A stretch of 64,000 bases of DNA from a virus. Lineage: Duplodnaviria; Caudoviricetes. The stretch's first letter is position 1; each line of letters opens with the position of its first letter. Below the pieces are notes generated by a model, which searched no databases, was not told the origin of the DNA, and saw only the letters and a list, made by a program, of their open reading frames with translations. The position numbers and the translations under genes are program-made. Positions 30,948-41,448 of this stretch are shown piece by piece. The stretch lies in the IMG/VR virus record IMGVR_UViG_3300033153_010125, positions 1,612 to 65,611 of that record; one strand, 5' to 3'.

Positions 30948-31913
30948 TTAGTCCTCGTCTTCGTCTCCTAAAAGTATCTCTCTTTTAATATCAGCTAAAT
31001 CCGATCTTTTTGCAATATTCTCTGCTGCTGCTTTTAGATCTACTCCAACTTCCGTGGATTCATAAAAGATTGTTCCTGCACTTCCTTTAGAGACTTTAGA
31101 ATTCTTAATGTTCCTACTCTTTAGTGCGTAATAAATATTTAATTTTGCCATCCCTGTTTCTGAGTCAGACTCTTCTACTATCTTATTGAATGTCTCAATA
31201 TTTGCTGGAGAAGATTCCAAGTATGCTTTAAACATACCTCTATACGCATCAACTGACGTCCCCTCAGCCATATTCCTATTTATATAATATAGAATTGTGT
31301 CTAACTTAGGTTGATCATTTGCATAGAGTACTTCAAAGACTCCAATAGCTTTAAACATACTAGAAGCATCTTCATCACGTTTTTTCAACTTCTCACCAAT
31401 GTCTATAATAACATATGCAGCATCTGCAAAAGCTGAATCCCCTTTTAACTTCTTTGGTACAAGTTCTCTATTTCTTAATGCAAAATAAAGAGCAAGTACA
31501 TGCTCAGGATTATCTGTTTTAAAAACTTGTCCCTCTTCAACCATCCACATGTGTGAATCAAAGAACTCATTATCGTGTTGTTGTAATGCCTCTGGTTTCC
31601 CAATAAATGATCTATACGGATCAACAACTGTCTTCTGCAAAGTCTTTACAATTATTTTTACCTCCTCTTTCGACCTTCCTGAGTAACATGGTGAGTGCTC
31701 ATAGAAGCCTGTGTCCCATATCCCATCTTTACTAGATGTCTTTTTATACGGGCATTGAAAGGTGTTTCCTACTCCATCAGATGGTATTTTAGTCACTCCC
31801 TTTTCTTGAAGTCCTGTAGGGGCGTTGTAGTCCATTTTATCGGCTACAAGATATGTTGAATCTGACATAACCCGAAAGCCATGTAGTTCAAACAGTAATG
31901 TTTTATCGCTCAT
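30948..31913 (-). CDS. Hypothetical protein of capsid module
   Basis: Start moved to MSDKTLL (31913), downstream of a late promoter. Confidence 0.6.
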   Translation of the reverse strand: MSDKTLLFELHGFRVMSDSTYLVADKMDYNAPTGLQEKGVTKIPSDGVGNTFQCPYKKTSSKDGIWDTGFYEHSPCYSGRSKEEVKIIVKTLQKTVVDPYRSFIGKPEALQQHDNEFFDSHMWMVEEGQVFKTDNPEHVLALYFALRNRELVPKKLKGDSAFADAAYVIIDIGEKLKKRDEDASSMFKAIGVFEVLYANDQPKLDTILYYINRNMAEGTSVDAYRGMFKAYLESSPANIETFNKIVEESDSETGMAKLNIYYALKSRNIKNSKVSKGSAGTIFYESTEVGVDLKAAAENIAKRSDLADIKREILLGDEDED

Positions 31914-31943
31914 ATTAATTTTGGTTTTTTGAAACTTACCCAA

Positions 31944-31987
31944 CAAAAGTATAGGTAAGTCAACAGGTTTCCAAAAAAATTAGAAAA
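31944..31987 (-). promoter_or_regulatory. Late-class promoter
   Basis: Minus strand TTTTCTAATTTTTTTGG...TACTTTTG; 33-nt spacing. Confidence 0.8.
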
Positions 31988-31997
31988 CCTTATATAT

Positions 31998-32031
31998 AAA
32001 AAAAGAGGGCAAACATAAGTCAGCCCTCTTT
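31998..32031 (-). terminator. Intrinsic terminator after major capsid gene
   Basis: GAGGGC...GCCCTC stem, T7 on minus strand. Confidence 0.85.
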
Positions 32032-32052
32032 AAATATTTATTAATCTTCAGC

Positions 32053-33744
32053 TTATCGCTTCAACTCGATAATGATATATCTAGTTGTATCAAGTACTAA
32101 GGCTGCTGACTGAGATGTTGCCCAGAAAGTTTTCCCCATATACTTAAGTGAAGATGCGATATTCGTTTGTTGAGATCCGTTCTCCATTCTTCCTTGCTCG
32201 TATCCATAAACTACGTGGCTACCTTCCGGCTTAACATAGTAGATATTTGCATTCTTAGAACCGCCCTCTACCAAGTCAGCACCTTTAACCTTGCTAGATA
32301 CATTGCTGTACTCAGGTTTAGAAGCATCCCAGATAACTAAAGAGTGAGAAGTGTGAGCTTCTCCTTCTCCGAACATTCCAGATGAGAATCTATCAGATAA
32401 TGGTTGGTAATCTAATGAAGCGTCATGCTGTATAACTACTCTACCGATTCCAGGGAACAATACTGATTCAATTTGAACAGCTTGCATGTGCAACTCATCA
32501 AGTTTCCCTGTGAACACTTGCTCTTTAATTTGAGCTTGATCTCCTAACATTCCTGCAGGAAGTCTTCCTAGTTGGCTTAACGCCTCTTCTCTAAACAATT
32601 GAAGCATATTTTGGTAACCGTACCAACCAGCTTTAAATTTCAACACCCTTTCTTTAGGCGTGATCTTAGAGTTCTTAAAGATATATGCTGCAGCCTCATG
32701 GATATGATCTAATGTGATCGCTCCTGGTCTTGCATACTTAATCAATTTACCTCTTCTAATTTGATGCCAAACTCCTTCGTTTACTCTCTTCACTCCGTTA
32801 GAGCTTTGTAAAGTTGCAGCCCTAGCAAATAATAAAGAATAAGTCTCCATAAGAGCTAATTCCATAAGAGCTAAATACTCAAGTGTAGCTCCAATTTTCA
32901 TTCCTTTACTCTTAGCTGAACCATCTTTGTTCAAACTAGCAACAAAGAACATCTCACGATCTTTTCCTCCAAGAGAGTTAAGTTCATTTTGAACAGTATC
33001 CCTCATGTCATCTGCAAAAGCATTAAGACCTGGTGAATGCATTCTAGCAGCCTTCGCTGTAGAGAATGTTTCAACCCCTCTAGGTGATCCAAGAACGAAT
33101 TCACTAGTGATTGTTCCACCCGGATTCTTCAACATATTGATTGAAGAGAATGTAGTATCGTACTCAGCAAGTGCGTTACCTATTTTCATCCAACTAACTC
33201 CAGCTACTAATTGTTCTTTTGGGAACCAAGATGCTTTGTTGTTTGTAGCATACTGTACAATGTGACGGAAGTGTTCACCAACTCTTTCGATTTCGTGTTC
33301 ACTAGATACATGTACTTGCTCACCATATTGAGGATCATAAGTTAAGATATCTCCTTTTGTAAATTCTCTGTTTAAGATAATTTCAAAATACCCTTCATCA
33401 ATTCCTGGGAATTCATGTTTGTTTGAAGTGTCTACCGCAGTAAAACACTTGTATTTAGATCTATTTACAGGAAGATCGTATGTAATGCTTTGTCCCTCTT
33501 CACATTCTAAAACTGCTGAATCTTCAAACAGGTCCTTCATAAAAGGAACTGCCACGTCATGAGTAGTTTGGAATAAATTAATCATTCCTAAATGCTTCTT
33601 ATGGGCCTGACCATTATCATCATCCATCAAATAGGCCGAAACCTTTGCGGAGTCCAACCAACCCTGAGTCTTCATCTCTTTGGCTGATGTGAACGCAATG
33701 ACAGAATCTCCGTTGATTACCTGTCTGATGTCAAATTTGTTCAT
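32053..33744 (-). CDS. Major capsid protein (crAss-like)
   Basis: 563 aa; order terminase-portal-acidic scaffold-this gene; strong terminator; 'FPGIG.V.I.HD.SLD' motif resembles crAss-like MCPs. Confidence 0.75.
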   Translation of the reverse strand: MNKFDIRQVINGDSVIAFTSAKEMKTQGWLDSAKVSAYLMDDDNGQAHKKHLGMINLFQTTHDVAVPFMKDLFEDSAVLECEEGQSITYDLPVNRSKYKCFTAVDTSNKHEFPGIDEGYFEIILNREFTKGDILTYDPQYGEQVHVSSEHEIERVGEHFRHIVQYATNNKASWFPKEQLVAGVSWMKIGNALAEYDTTFSSINMLKNPGGTITSEFVLGSPRGVETFSTAKAARMHSPGLNAFADDMRDTVQNELNSLGGKDREMFFVASLNKDGSAKSKGMKIGATLEYLALMELALMETYSLLFARAATLQSSNGVKRVNEGVWHQIRRGKLIKYARPGAITLDHIHEAAAYIFKNSKITPKERVLKFKAGWYGYQNMLQLFREEALSQLGRLPAGMLGDQAQIKEQVFTGKLDELHMQAVQIESVLFPGIGRVVIQHDASLDYQPLSDRFSSGMFGEGEAHTSHSLVIWDASKPEYSNVSSKVKGADLVEGGSKNANIYYVKPEGSHVVYGYEQGRMENGSQQTNIASSLKYMGKTFWATSQSAALVLDTTRYIIIELKR

Positions 33745-33774
33745 TTGTTATTATTTATGTTTATAATTTACTTA

Positions 33775-35064
33775 CTATTCTTGGTTAAGTGCAAGTAGGT
33801 CAATTTTTCCCTCATCTTTCTTTTTCGATCTGTTCTTAGCCTCTGCTACACTAGATGTCTTCTTCTTCACGAGTGAAAGTTTTGTAGCTGATGTTAGCTG
33901 CGTTGCCTTCTTGGTATCTTTACTTACTTGTTTGTTGTACTCCGTTGTATCTAGGATAAATAAAGCTAATTGTGCAGCTTTCTTTGGATCCTCCTTCATT
34001 TGGAAGTACAGGTTGTCAATTTCAAATCTTTCCTTGTCATCCCTTTTTACAGAGAGTTTGGCGATTTTTCTTTTGATCTTATCTTCGAGTTCAAATTGGT
34101 CAAGGTTCTTTTCAATGTCCTGTTCGTACTCCTTAGTCAGTTTTGCTATATTCGCCTTCTTATCAAGTGTGGCCTGTTTTGCCTGTTCTACTTGTTGTTG
34201 AACAGCCGCCTTAAGCTCTTCATCAGCAGTTGTTGCTTTATCCTCTAGTACCCCTTTGTCCTCGTATCCCTTTATAAGAATCTCGATTTCTTCATCAGAA
34301 TACTGTCCTCCAGCCTTATATCTTAAAAATACTGCCTTCTTTTGATCCTCCTTCTTAGTTAGATCTAAAGTGTCAAGTACATCTGAGTAGGTCTTCTTTG
34401 CTTCAAGTAGAGAATCTATCTCTCCTCCTGCTCTGTCTATCTCAATAAGTTCTCGTGTGAACTCTGATATACCTTCTGTAGAAACTGTGTCTTTCTTAGC
34501 CTCTTCTTTTATCTCAGCCATCTTAGCTGTTAGAATCTCTTCGTAAAGCTCTTGTGTCATTTCAACATCTTCCAATGCTATTTCGACTGACTCTCCTTTA
34601 TCATTCTCCTGGATTATATGACTAATGTCTTCTCCAAAAAGATTTTTAAGAGAGGTTGTATACTCGGAAACTTCTCCTTCACCTCCTTCAGCTTTGATCC
34701 TCGCAGCCTCTTCTTCGGCTTTAATTCTCTCGGCTTCTATCTCTTCTTCCGTCTTATCTTCTTCCTCAGCTTTGATCCTCGCAGCCTCTTCTTCTTCAGC
34801 TTTAATTCTCTCGGCTTCTAGCTCTTCTTCAGACTTACCTTCATCTTCTTCAGCCTTAATCCTTGCAGCTTCTGCTGCTTCTTCTTCAGCTTTAATTCTC
34901 TCGGCTTCTACCTCTTCTTCATCACCATTTACTCCTAAGAGATCTTCTGGTTTTTTGTTGGGGTTTCCGTTAAAAGGTTCGGCTGGTGGTGTCTCACTAC
35001 CAATTTGTTCCGACATTAACGATTTTAGATCGATAATTGTAGCTGATTTTTCTTCTTCTGCCAT
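33775..35064 (-). CDS. Putative capsid scaffolding protein
   Basis: Very acidic helical 429 aa between portal and MCP; TATATTTG-CA-ATG leaderless start. Confidence 0.6.
   Translation of the reverse strand: MAEEEKSATIIDLKSLMSEQIGSETPPAEPFNGNPNKKPEDLLGVNGDEEEVEAERIKAEEEAAEAARIKAEEDEGKSEEELEAERIKAEEEEAARIKAEEEDKTEEEIEAERIKAEEEAARIKAEGGEGEVSEYTTSLKNLFGEDISHIIQENDKGESVEIALEDVEMTQELYEEILTAKMAEIKEEAKKDTVSTEGISEFTRELIEIDRAGGEIDSLLEAKKTYSDVLDTLDLTKKEDQKKAVFLRYKAGGQYSDEEIEILIKGYEDKGVLEDKATTADEELKAAVQQQVEQAKQATLDKKANIAKLTKEYEQDIEKNLDQFELEDKIKRKIAKLSVKRDDKERFEIDNLYFQMKEDPKKAAQLALFILDTTEYNKQVSKDTKKATQLTSATKLSLVKKKTSSVAEAKNRSKKKDEGKIDLLALNQE
34688..34918 (-). repeat. Coding repeat EAERIKAEEE(A)ARIKAEE x3
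   Basis: GCTTTAATTCTCTCGGCTTCTA occurs three times. Confidence 0.85.
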
Positions 35065-35206
35065 TGCAAATATATTTTATGGTTTTTAATTATGAAACTT
35101 TATTGAGTATATGTGTAATTTACTAATACACCCCAAAAGAGGTTTCAGGTTTTATTGTATTATTGAAAATCTTATGATAATAATCATTAGAAGATTTACA
35201 ATGTTT

Positions 35207-37960
35207 TTAGTTTTTATTAATTGTCGCTATGTATTCAGCACTCTTTCTTCCTGCCCGTTTTTCTTGTAACTCTTTGGCTCTCAGTTTTAATGCCTCCATC
35301 TGTACTCTCGTATTTTCAGTGTCCTTCTTCTCTTGGGCTTTCATCTTATCTGTCGCAATATTTGTATCAGCATCAATCTTATTCTGCTGTATCGCTTGAT
35401 CGGCTGCTATTTTTATGTGTTCAAACCCAGCAGCATCAGATTCCTTATCAGAAGCTCTACCAAGAGCATTCAGTTTAGCTACCTCTATTTTAGTCTCTCT
35501 ATCTTTCTGATTCTCCTCAGACTCTCTCATCAACCTCGTCTCCTCTGCTTCTTTTGCAGCTGCTATTCCTTGATTTTGCATCTGAGCTTGCTCTCCTCTT
35601 ATTTGATCTTCTCTTGCTTGATTACGTTCTTGTGCTAATCTTGCTATCTCAACAGCTTCTGCCATTCCATCAGATGATATAAGTTTAGCTAGTTCTAGTG
35701 TATCAGAGCCTAATGTGTTATTGTTGATAAGAAGTGTTTTAAACGTCTCTAACTCTTTTCGTTTAGCCGAGTCCATTGTTGCAATCAATCCTATCCTTCT
35801 AAAAGGAAAGCTAGGATCATTCATTTTTAAGAACTCTATTGACCCATCAGATTTTGTATAATAAAGACTATTATCTTTTTTATTACTCTGTGCGTATTGT
35901 GCTACAGATAAATGTAACTCTCTGGCTGATTTTAAATAGATATTAAAGTTTTCGAATATCTCAGCAAGTTGTGCCCACCCAGCTTCTTGGTTTTGTCTAA
36001 CCCCTTCTGCTGTTTCATATTTAGTTGGTTGTTGTAATATCGCTTGATTTATCCCTATAACCTCATAAGCCTTCCTCTGTGTAAACTCTGCCATCTTAAT
36101 ACGATCGGCAATTTGTGAACTATTAGAAAGATTGTATGATGAGAATTGATTAAAATTACTGGCTGGTCCTTGTCCATCTTGAGATGTGGCTACTGGCATT
36201 ATTCCAGTGTCTTTAGCAATATTCCTAACAGCCATCAGTGCCTCCTGAGCATCTCCCCATCCCTCAAATTCTGATGGGATCATAGCTACATCCATTAAAA
36301 AGAAAATACCAAGCTCTTTCTCGAGTAGAGAATAAACCTGGTTCATACATAAATTATGTTTCGCTTGGTATGGCTCTATTCTTTTGGCCACCGACTCCCC
36401 TATATATCCTGCTACTGGTAAGTACCTATCAAACTCGCTTTCCCCTTTAATCACATGCTCCCACTCATCACATTGAAGATATAGTGGATCTTTAAGGTTT
36501 CCGGATTGTACTTTGACTCCTTTATATATAACGGGACGTAATACCCATTTAAGTGTATTTACTTCAAAATCTTCTACTATCTCGACAAGTGACTCCTTAT
36601 ATGTTTGTTTAATCCCCTTCTCCTTAATTACCTCTGATAAGATATCCTCTGTCACTTCCTCTGTCACAACAGTTCCATAATCATCCTCATATGTAAGATA
36701 TCCATATCGATCGAAAGCTCTGAAATATACCTCAGTCACTTGACAAAGATCTGTACGGTGCTCAAAATCACCTCGCATTATTCCAGCGTATCCATCATAA
36801 ACCGACCCTCTGTTGTGTCCTGCTAATTTTGGTAAAAACCTTTCCTTTGTTGTACTTGTCCCATCATCATTAAACAATGTCTGAACCCCTAAAGGTACTC
36901 CTGTTTCTTCCTGTAAACCAAGATAGAAGTTGTAATCTGCGTAATTTGAGAAAGGTGTTGTAGCTTGTTTGTTGAAGTTTGACTTCAATGACTCAGTAAT
37001 GTTTCCTGTATAAAGATCATCTCCTACAAATTCTCCCCAACCTTCATTACCTCCTAGGAGATCTTTTTGAATCTTGGTGTCTATTAGATGTCCATGTGTC
37101 CTAACAACCTGTGCTGGTGTAAACCAGTTAATGTTTCCAGCATACTCGCCTTTGTGGACCAAACTAATATCTGCTTCTTTTGAAAAGAATGTGTTTTTTG
37201 CACTCCAAGTCTCTGGTTCGTAATTATCAAACCCTATTCTAAAGTGTCTGAAACACCTACCTGCTGTGAGATAGTGTTTGAAATCCTCTTTGTCTAAATA
37301 GTTAAAGTTGAATCTCTCCTTATCATGTTCTAAAGTAGCCTCCCCCCAAGTAGTCCCTACTGTTTTAAATGTTTTTTTGCTGGCGTCAAGTGTATCCTTT
37401 GGCGTAAATGCTTCCTTCGCTTGCTGTAACTCGGCCATATAAGCTTGTTGCTCTTCAGGTGACTCAAACGTATTCAGGTCCTTGTCGTACCCAGCCTCTG
37501 CCATTCTTAATTGAATAGAGTTTTCGAGCACCTTCTCAAGCATTCCTTTGAGTTTGTCATTTTGATGACGCATAAACTCATTCTGTGCAATCTCCCCCGT
37601 ATCTGTTACGTGAAACTTATCTTGCATCTGGATTAGAATCCCAGTAAGGCCCTTTATAACAACCCCTATTATATCGTAGTGTTTTATGAATGTTGGTACA
37701 CCTACTCCGTCAAGAAGATTTTGGATATCTTCAAAATGTGGTGCTACTTCAGATAATTCTTGATAGGTGAGTTTTCCTTCAACCATTCTATACAGGTCAA
37801 CAAACTCTAGGTTTTCCATAAACTGGTCTACCGCAATTCTTTCAAACCCATCTAGCACCGCCCTCTTCCAAGGATCTTTCTTTTTGACCGACCTTTTTAC
37901 GGTCATTGGTGGCAGGTTATACGTGTTGTAATACCTGCTATATGGCGTTGTGCTAAACAT
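35207..37960 (-). CDS. Portal protein
   Basis: 917 aa right after terminase; 'KHYDII', 'PYQ..HN..MNQ', coiled-coil C-terminus as in crAss-like portals. Confidence 0.8.
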   Translation of the reverse strand: MFSTTPYSRYYNTYNLPPMTVKRSVKKKDPWKRAVLDGFERIAVDQFMENLEFVDLYRMVEGKLTYQELSEVAPHFEDIQNLLDGVGVPTFIKHYDIIGVVIKGLTGILIQMQDKFHVTDTGEIAQNEFMRHQNDKLKGMLEKVLENSIQLRMAEAGYDKDLNTFESPEEQQAYMAELQQAKEAFTPKDTLDASKKTFKTVGTTWGEATLEHDKERFNFNYLDKEDFKHYLTAGRCFRHFRIGFDNYEPETWSAKNTFFSKEADISLVHKGEYAGNINWFTPAQVVRTHGHLIDTKIQKDLLGGNEGWGEFVGDDLYTGNITESLKSNFNKQATTPFSNYADYNFYLGLQEETGVPLGVQTLFNDDGTSTTKERFLPKLAGHNRGSVYDGYAGIMRGDFEHRTDLCQVTEVYFRAFDRYGYLTYEDDYGTVVTEEVTEDILSEVIKEKGIKQTYKESLVEIVEDFEVNTLKWVLRPVIYKGVKVQSGNLKDPLYLQCDEWEHVIKGESEFDRYLPVAGYIGESVAKRIEPYQAKHNLCMNQVYSLLEKELGIFFLMDVAMIPSEFEGWGDAQEALMAVRNIAKDTGIMPVATSQDGQGPASNFNQFSSYNLSNSSQIADRIKMAEFTQRKAYEVIGINQAILQQPTKYETAEGVRQNQEAGWAQLAEIFENFNIYLKSARELHLSVAQYAQSNKKDNSLYYTKSDGSIEFLKMNDPSFPFRRIGLIATMDSAKRKELETFKTLLINNNTLGSDTLELAKLISSDGMAEAVEIARLAQERNQAREDQIRGEQAQMQNQGIAAAKEAEETRLMRESEENQKDRETKIEVAKLNALGRASDKESDAAGFEHIKIAADQAIQQNKIDADTNIATDKMKAQEKKDTENTRVQMEALKLRAKELQEKRAGRKSAEYIATINKN

Positions 37961-37966
37961 AGGCTA

Positions 37967-38010
37967 CAAAGATGCCAAACCTTTCAACACTTTCCAAAAA
38001 AATTAGAAAA
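37967..38010 (-). promoter_or_regulatory. Late-class promoter
   Basis: Minus strand TTTTCTAATTTTTTTGG...CATCTTTG-TAGCCT-ATG; 33-nt spacing. Confidence 0.75.
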
Positions 38011-38018
38011 TCCCTAAT

Positions 38019-40079
38019 TTAATATTTCTTATGTCTAATGTTCCCATACGGGTTCTTCCTAGTGAGTCTTGCTTTTTTAGCCAACTCTTTTTGATCTAGG
38101 TTTTTAGACTTAGGCCTTGAGGGTTGTACTCTGTCCTTATCTAATTCTTTTGCATAAACAAGTGCGTGAGAAAAAGATGTAATCCTATCAACGTTGTTTC
38201 CAGCCTTATAATCTAACATTTCTCTGAGTAGATCAATGTCATCAAGGTACTCTACACTATACTTTATAATTGGGTTATTGTCCTCGTCTATCCCTATCGA
38301 ATGTTCTTCCCAGCACCAATCAACAAGTAAATTAAATCTGTAGGTATTATTACCAACATTCGGATATAGTCCAAATTTAGAATTTAATTTTGATTTATGT
38401 TTAGATGTTTTCTGGGTAAAGCTAAAGGCTGGACATAGATACTCAAACTCAAGACCCTTGTTCTCAAGATGGTGCTGTAGCCCAACATCAATAGACTCCA
38501 TATTTGTCATAGCATTCCACGACTTCAACATTAATTCTGAGTCCTGTAGAAATGTCTTCATCTTAGGTGGCCGTGTTGTCAAACTGGCCGCTATTGTCTC
38601 ACAAGGTTCATTCGGAGCCATGTTTCTCCGCTTAATAACATATGTGGATCCTAGAGAATCTGTATCAGAAACATCAATCTTATATCCATCATGTCCCCCT
38701 ACAAATATAAATTTCTCTGGTGGCTTCTCTGGAATTTCTTGAAACAAGATTACTGGTGCATCAATAGACCCTCCTCCGTGACTAACATCTGCTCTTTTCT
38801 TATTGATAAATTCATACTGGTATTTTCCACCATCTCTGTATAAAGATACATCCTTACCAATTCTACCTGCTGTTTCTAGCTCCTCTATCCTTTTAGCAAT
38901 AATAGCTTTTGGGAAGGGGTTTACAGAGTCTGTTAAAAAACAATGTTCTACCCTTGTCGGATAATACATTTTATCTTTATTAACATCCTCTTCTTTTTTT
39001 ATCGAACTCCTTCTTTCATCAAGAAACTTTGTGGTTGCAAGCCAGTCTGTTGTTCGAACTTTTATTTTACTAAGTTCTTTATTTTTTCTACCAAGATACT
39101 TATCCAATGTTGTATCAAGTTTTGGCACCTCTAATCTATAAGACATCTGTCCTGGAACAAATGTACAAAATGTTTCCTCTTTTGCATCCTTCCAAGTCAA
39201 CGCCTCTTCTGGAACACTTCTATCCAATCGATCCCTATTTAACATAAGGAGTCTATAGGCAGTTGGGTTTTGCATTATCGTTTTTGCATCCTTTGATAGT
39301 TCTGTATTACCACCTGTTCCTGATAATACGTGTACCAACTTAGCTCCATTCTCTGTCATAAAAGATGGAATAGCAGATTGTAGTATTTTAATGGGGTTCC
39401 ATTTACCGATCTCATCAGCTACATACCCTACCGGACTTAGTCCAGCCCCTTTCTCACTCGATTTCTTTTTCTTATCATCTGCATTCTTGATCTCGAATCT
39501 TGAATGTATGTGCTTAGTATTATCCTTCTCCTTTATTCCGAACTCAACATGGCTGGTCCAATCTGATTTTAATCTCGGGATATAAAAAGCAGGTGGTACA
39601 TTGTCCAATCCTGTCTGCATTAGGTGGGATATAGCGTTGAGGTCTCCATCATCTCCTCCCACAATCATAGTAGCTCCGTTTTCTCTAGTTGTGGCTAACC
39701 ACCCAGATAAAGATGCAATAGCTGTAGATTTGGCAAAGCCCCTGCACCCAAACATACACAGCCCCTTATCCTCATCTTCTGCCTGTTTATAGGTATCGGT
39801 GATATAAAGAATGTTGTCATCAAGTGGTGGATTTAAAATCTTTTCTTTATCCCTACCATTTTCTTTAATTGGTAAAGGTGTCTTGAAATAATTGATATGC
39901 CAATATAGCCAGGGGTGCACAAAGAACCCTCCTATATTTGTTCCGTACAGAAGTTTGTGTCTTTCTTCTGTATAGAAGTCTAACACATCCTTGGTTTGTT
40001 CAAAATAATGCTTCTTAGGATTGTACTTTGGTACATCCTTCATATTAATGTATAGCTCTTTTGAAGTAGTTATGCTCAT
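38019..40079 (-). CDS. terL: Terminase large subunit
   Basis: Walker A-like GCRGFAKS, Walker B YVADEIGK, GTGG coupling motif, RNase H-like 'VGGHDGY...DSLGS', C-terminal 'NVDRI'. Confidence 0.9.
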   Translation of the reverse strand: MSITTSKELYINMKDVPKYNPKKHYFEQTKDVLDFYTEERHKLLYGTNIGGFFVHPWLYWHINYFKTPLPIKENGRDKEKILNPPLDDNILYITDTYKQAEDEDKGLCMFGCRGFAKSTAIASLSGWLATTRENGATMIVGGDDGDLNAISHLMQTGLDNVPPAFYIPRLKSDWTSHVEFGIKEKDNTKHIHSRFEIKNADDKKKKSSEKGAGLSPVGYVADEIGKWNPIKILQSAIPSFMTENGAKLVHVLSGTGGNTELSKDAKTIMQNPTAYRLLMLNRDRLDRSVPEEALTWKDAKEETFCTFVPGQMSYRLEVPKLDTTLDKYLGRKNKELSKIKVRTTDWLATTKFLDERRSSIKKEEDVNKDKMYYPTRVEHCFLTDSVNPFPKAIIAKRIEELETAGRIGKDVSLYRDGGKYQYEFINKKRADVSHGGGSIDAPVILFQEIPEKPPEKFIFVGGHDGYKIDVSDTDSLGSTYVIKRRNMAPNEPCETIAASLTTRPPKMKTFLQDSELMLKSWNAMTNMESIDVGLQHHLENKGLEFEYLCPAFSFTQKTSKHKSKLNSKFGLYPNVGNNTYRFNLLVDWCWEEHSIGIDEDNNPIIKYSVEYLDDIDLLREMLDYKAGNNVDRITSFSHALVYAKELDKDRVQPSRPKSKNLDQKELAKKARLTRKNPYGNIRHKKY

Positions 40080-40086
40080 AAGCTAT

Positions 40087-40572
40087 TTACATAGACATGT
40101 ATAATTGCTTAAGGGCCTCTTCTGATTCTATTTTTTCTTGAAGAGCTTTCATAAGTGTTGATGTGATCGCATTATCAACCATTGCAGGCTTACCATCTTG
40201 TAGTGTAAAAATGTGTGGGCTTGTAGATATAACTGTTTTAAAATACGCCTGAGCACCTTCCGGTATATCCAGTTCTACTTTAAAAAGTGTTGCCATCACA
40301 TTATACTCAAAGATTACTCCCTGCAAGTGTTTTGTACTTTGATCCAAAAGGAACATGTTATAGTGTACCTCTTGAAGTGAGATCAATTGTCCTCTAGCCT
40401 CTGTGAAACCTTTGTCCCCCTTATCAGCTTTTAGTTTGATAATCTTTTCTTTAATAGTCGTCAGGGCTTTCTGATTCGACTGTATCTGTGCAAAAAAAGC
40501 AGAAGAGGTTGTCAAATATTCTTTGACTTTCTCATTTATGTACCCTGCCATTGATTCATTATTATCCTTCAT
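40087..40572 (-). CDS. Hypothetical protein
   Basis: 161 aa helical ORF upstream of terL. Confidence 0.6.
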   Translation of the reverse strand: MKDNNESMAGYINEKVKEYLTTSSAFFAQIQSNQKALTTIKEKIIKLKADKGDKGFTEARGQLISLQEVHYNMFLLDQSTKHLQGVIFEYNVMATLFKVELDIPEGAQAYFKTVISTSPHIFTLQDGKPAMVDNAITSTLMKALQEKIESEEALKQLYMSM

Positions 40573-40789
40573 TACTTTCTCCTTTTTCTCTTTTTAAAGA
40601 TAAATCCAACCCTGTATAAAAATCTGCATCAGATAGATTTAAAAAATCTGATTTTTTGTTTATATTTTTTTTCTTTAAACTTGCTGCTATACTATAGATA
40701 AGTTCCCCATAAGTATAGTCAGGGTTTTGTTTAAAAAACTCCTGGACCTTTTCTTCAATAAGTGGTTTATAATTTAAGTCGTTGCTCAT
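40562..40789 (-). CDS. Hypothetical protein
   Basis: 75 aa, 'NPDYTYGELIYS', overlaps neighbours. Confidence 0.6.
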   Translation of the reverse strand: MSNDLNYKPLIEEKVQEFFKQNPDYTYGELIYSIAASLKKKNINKKSDFLNLSDADFYTGLDLSLKREKGESNEG

Positions 40790-41448
40790 TTCATTTTCAA
40801 TTTTATTGTTACAATAGCTTTTTCAATTCTTGAAGAGCTGGCATAATATTGTATAGTAAAAGTTCTTTCAATATTGGCTCCTGCTCTAAAGCTTTTTGTA
40901 CTAAGAGCTATATCAAACCTATATGATTCTTCATCTGTTTTTATAGGGTCTGCCACTGTACACTTACAGCTAACCTCTGTTGATTTTATATCAAACCCCC
41001 CTTTTCTCTTCATGGAGATTGAGAAGTCTATTCTCTCTTCAGCAGACTCCCCTAAATCGTAAATCATCTGCTTAGAGTCCATTCGAAGCTCTCCTACTTC
41101 AGGTGTAAGATTCTCAGCCGTTATTTTAGTATCAAGTTTTGAGTCTAATTCCAAAGCTGGCCATTTAGGGTTAAGCCCAATTTCTGCTAAACCACATGCC
41201 TGATTTTTAGAAGCTGCTTTTCTGTGTGTGCAACAGCCACATGCTGTACAATGATCCCCCTCGGGACATAAGCTTGTCGCTAACTTGATTTTATCCATTG
41301 TGGATAATTGCTCTTTTGTCATATTCTTTGTATTACGATCACACGTATTACAAAACTCCATCCTTTTTTCAAACCAATCCTCTCCTTCTGGAAGAGGGTT
41401 GATCATAGCCTTGGCAATTGTCTTAATTTTTTTTATTTTTTCCCCCAT
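40786..41448 (-). CDS. Cys-rich (Zn-binding) protein with C-terminal Ig-like domain
   Basis: CxxC...CxxCGC...C...KW N-domain; 'I.S.EVSCKCTVA' resembles DUF1573-type Ig domains. Confidence 0.55.
   Translation of the reverse strand: MGEKIKKIKTIAKAMINPLPEGEDWFEKRMEFCNTCDRNTKNMTKEQLSTMDKIKLATSLCPEGDHCTACGCCTHRKAASKNQACGLAEIGLNPKWPALELDSKLDTKITAENLTPEVGELRMDSKQMIYDLGESAEERIDFSISMKRKGGFDIKSTEVSCKCTVADPIKTDEESYRFDIALSTKSFRAGANIERTFTIQYYASSSRIEKAIVTIKLKMK

Noticed and set aside
35067-35107. Late box upstream of the scaffold gene
   Set aside because: -7 box is present but the position 33 nt upstream reads CTCAAT without the T-tract; too degenerate to count
38019-40079. Intein or intron in terminase
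   Set aside because: Continuous ORF of ordinary length with no splice-junction or homing-endonuclease motifs noticed
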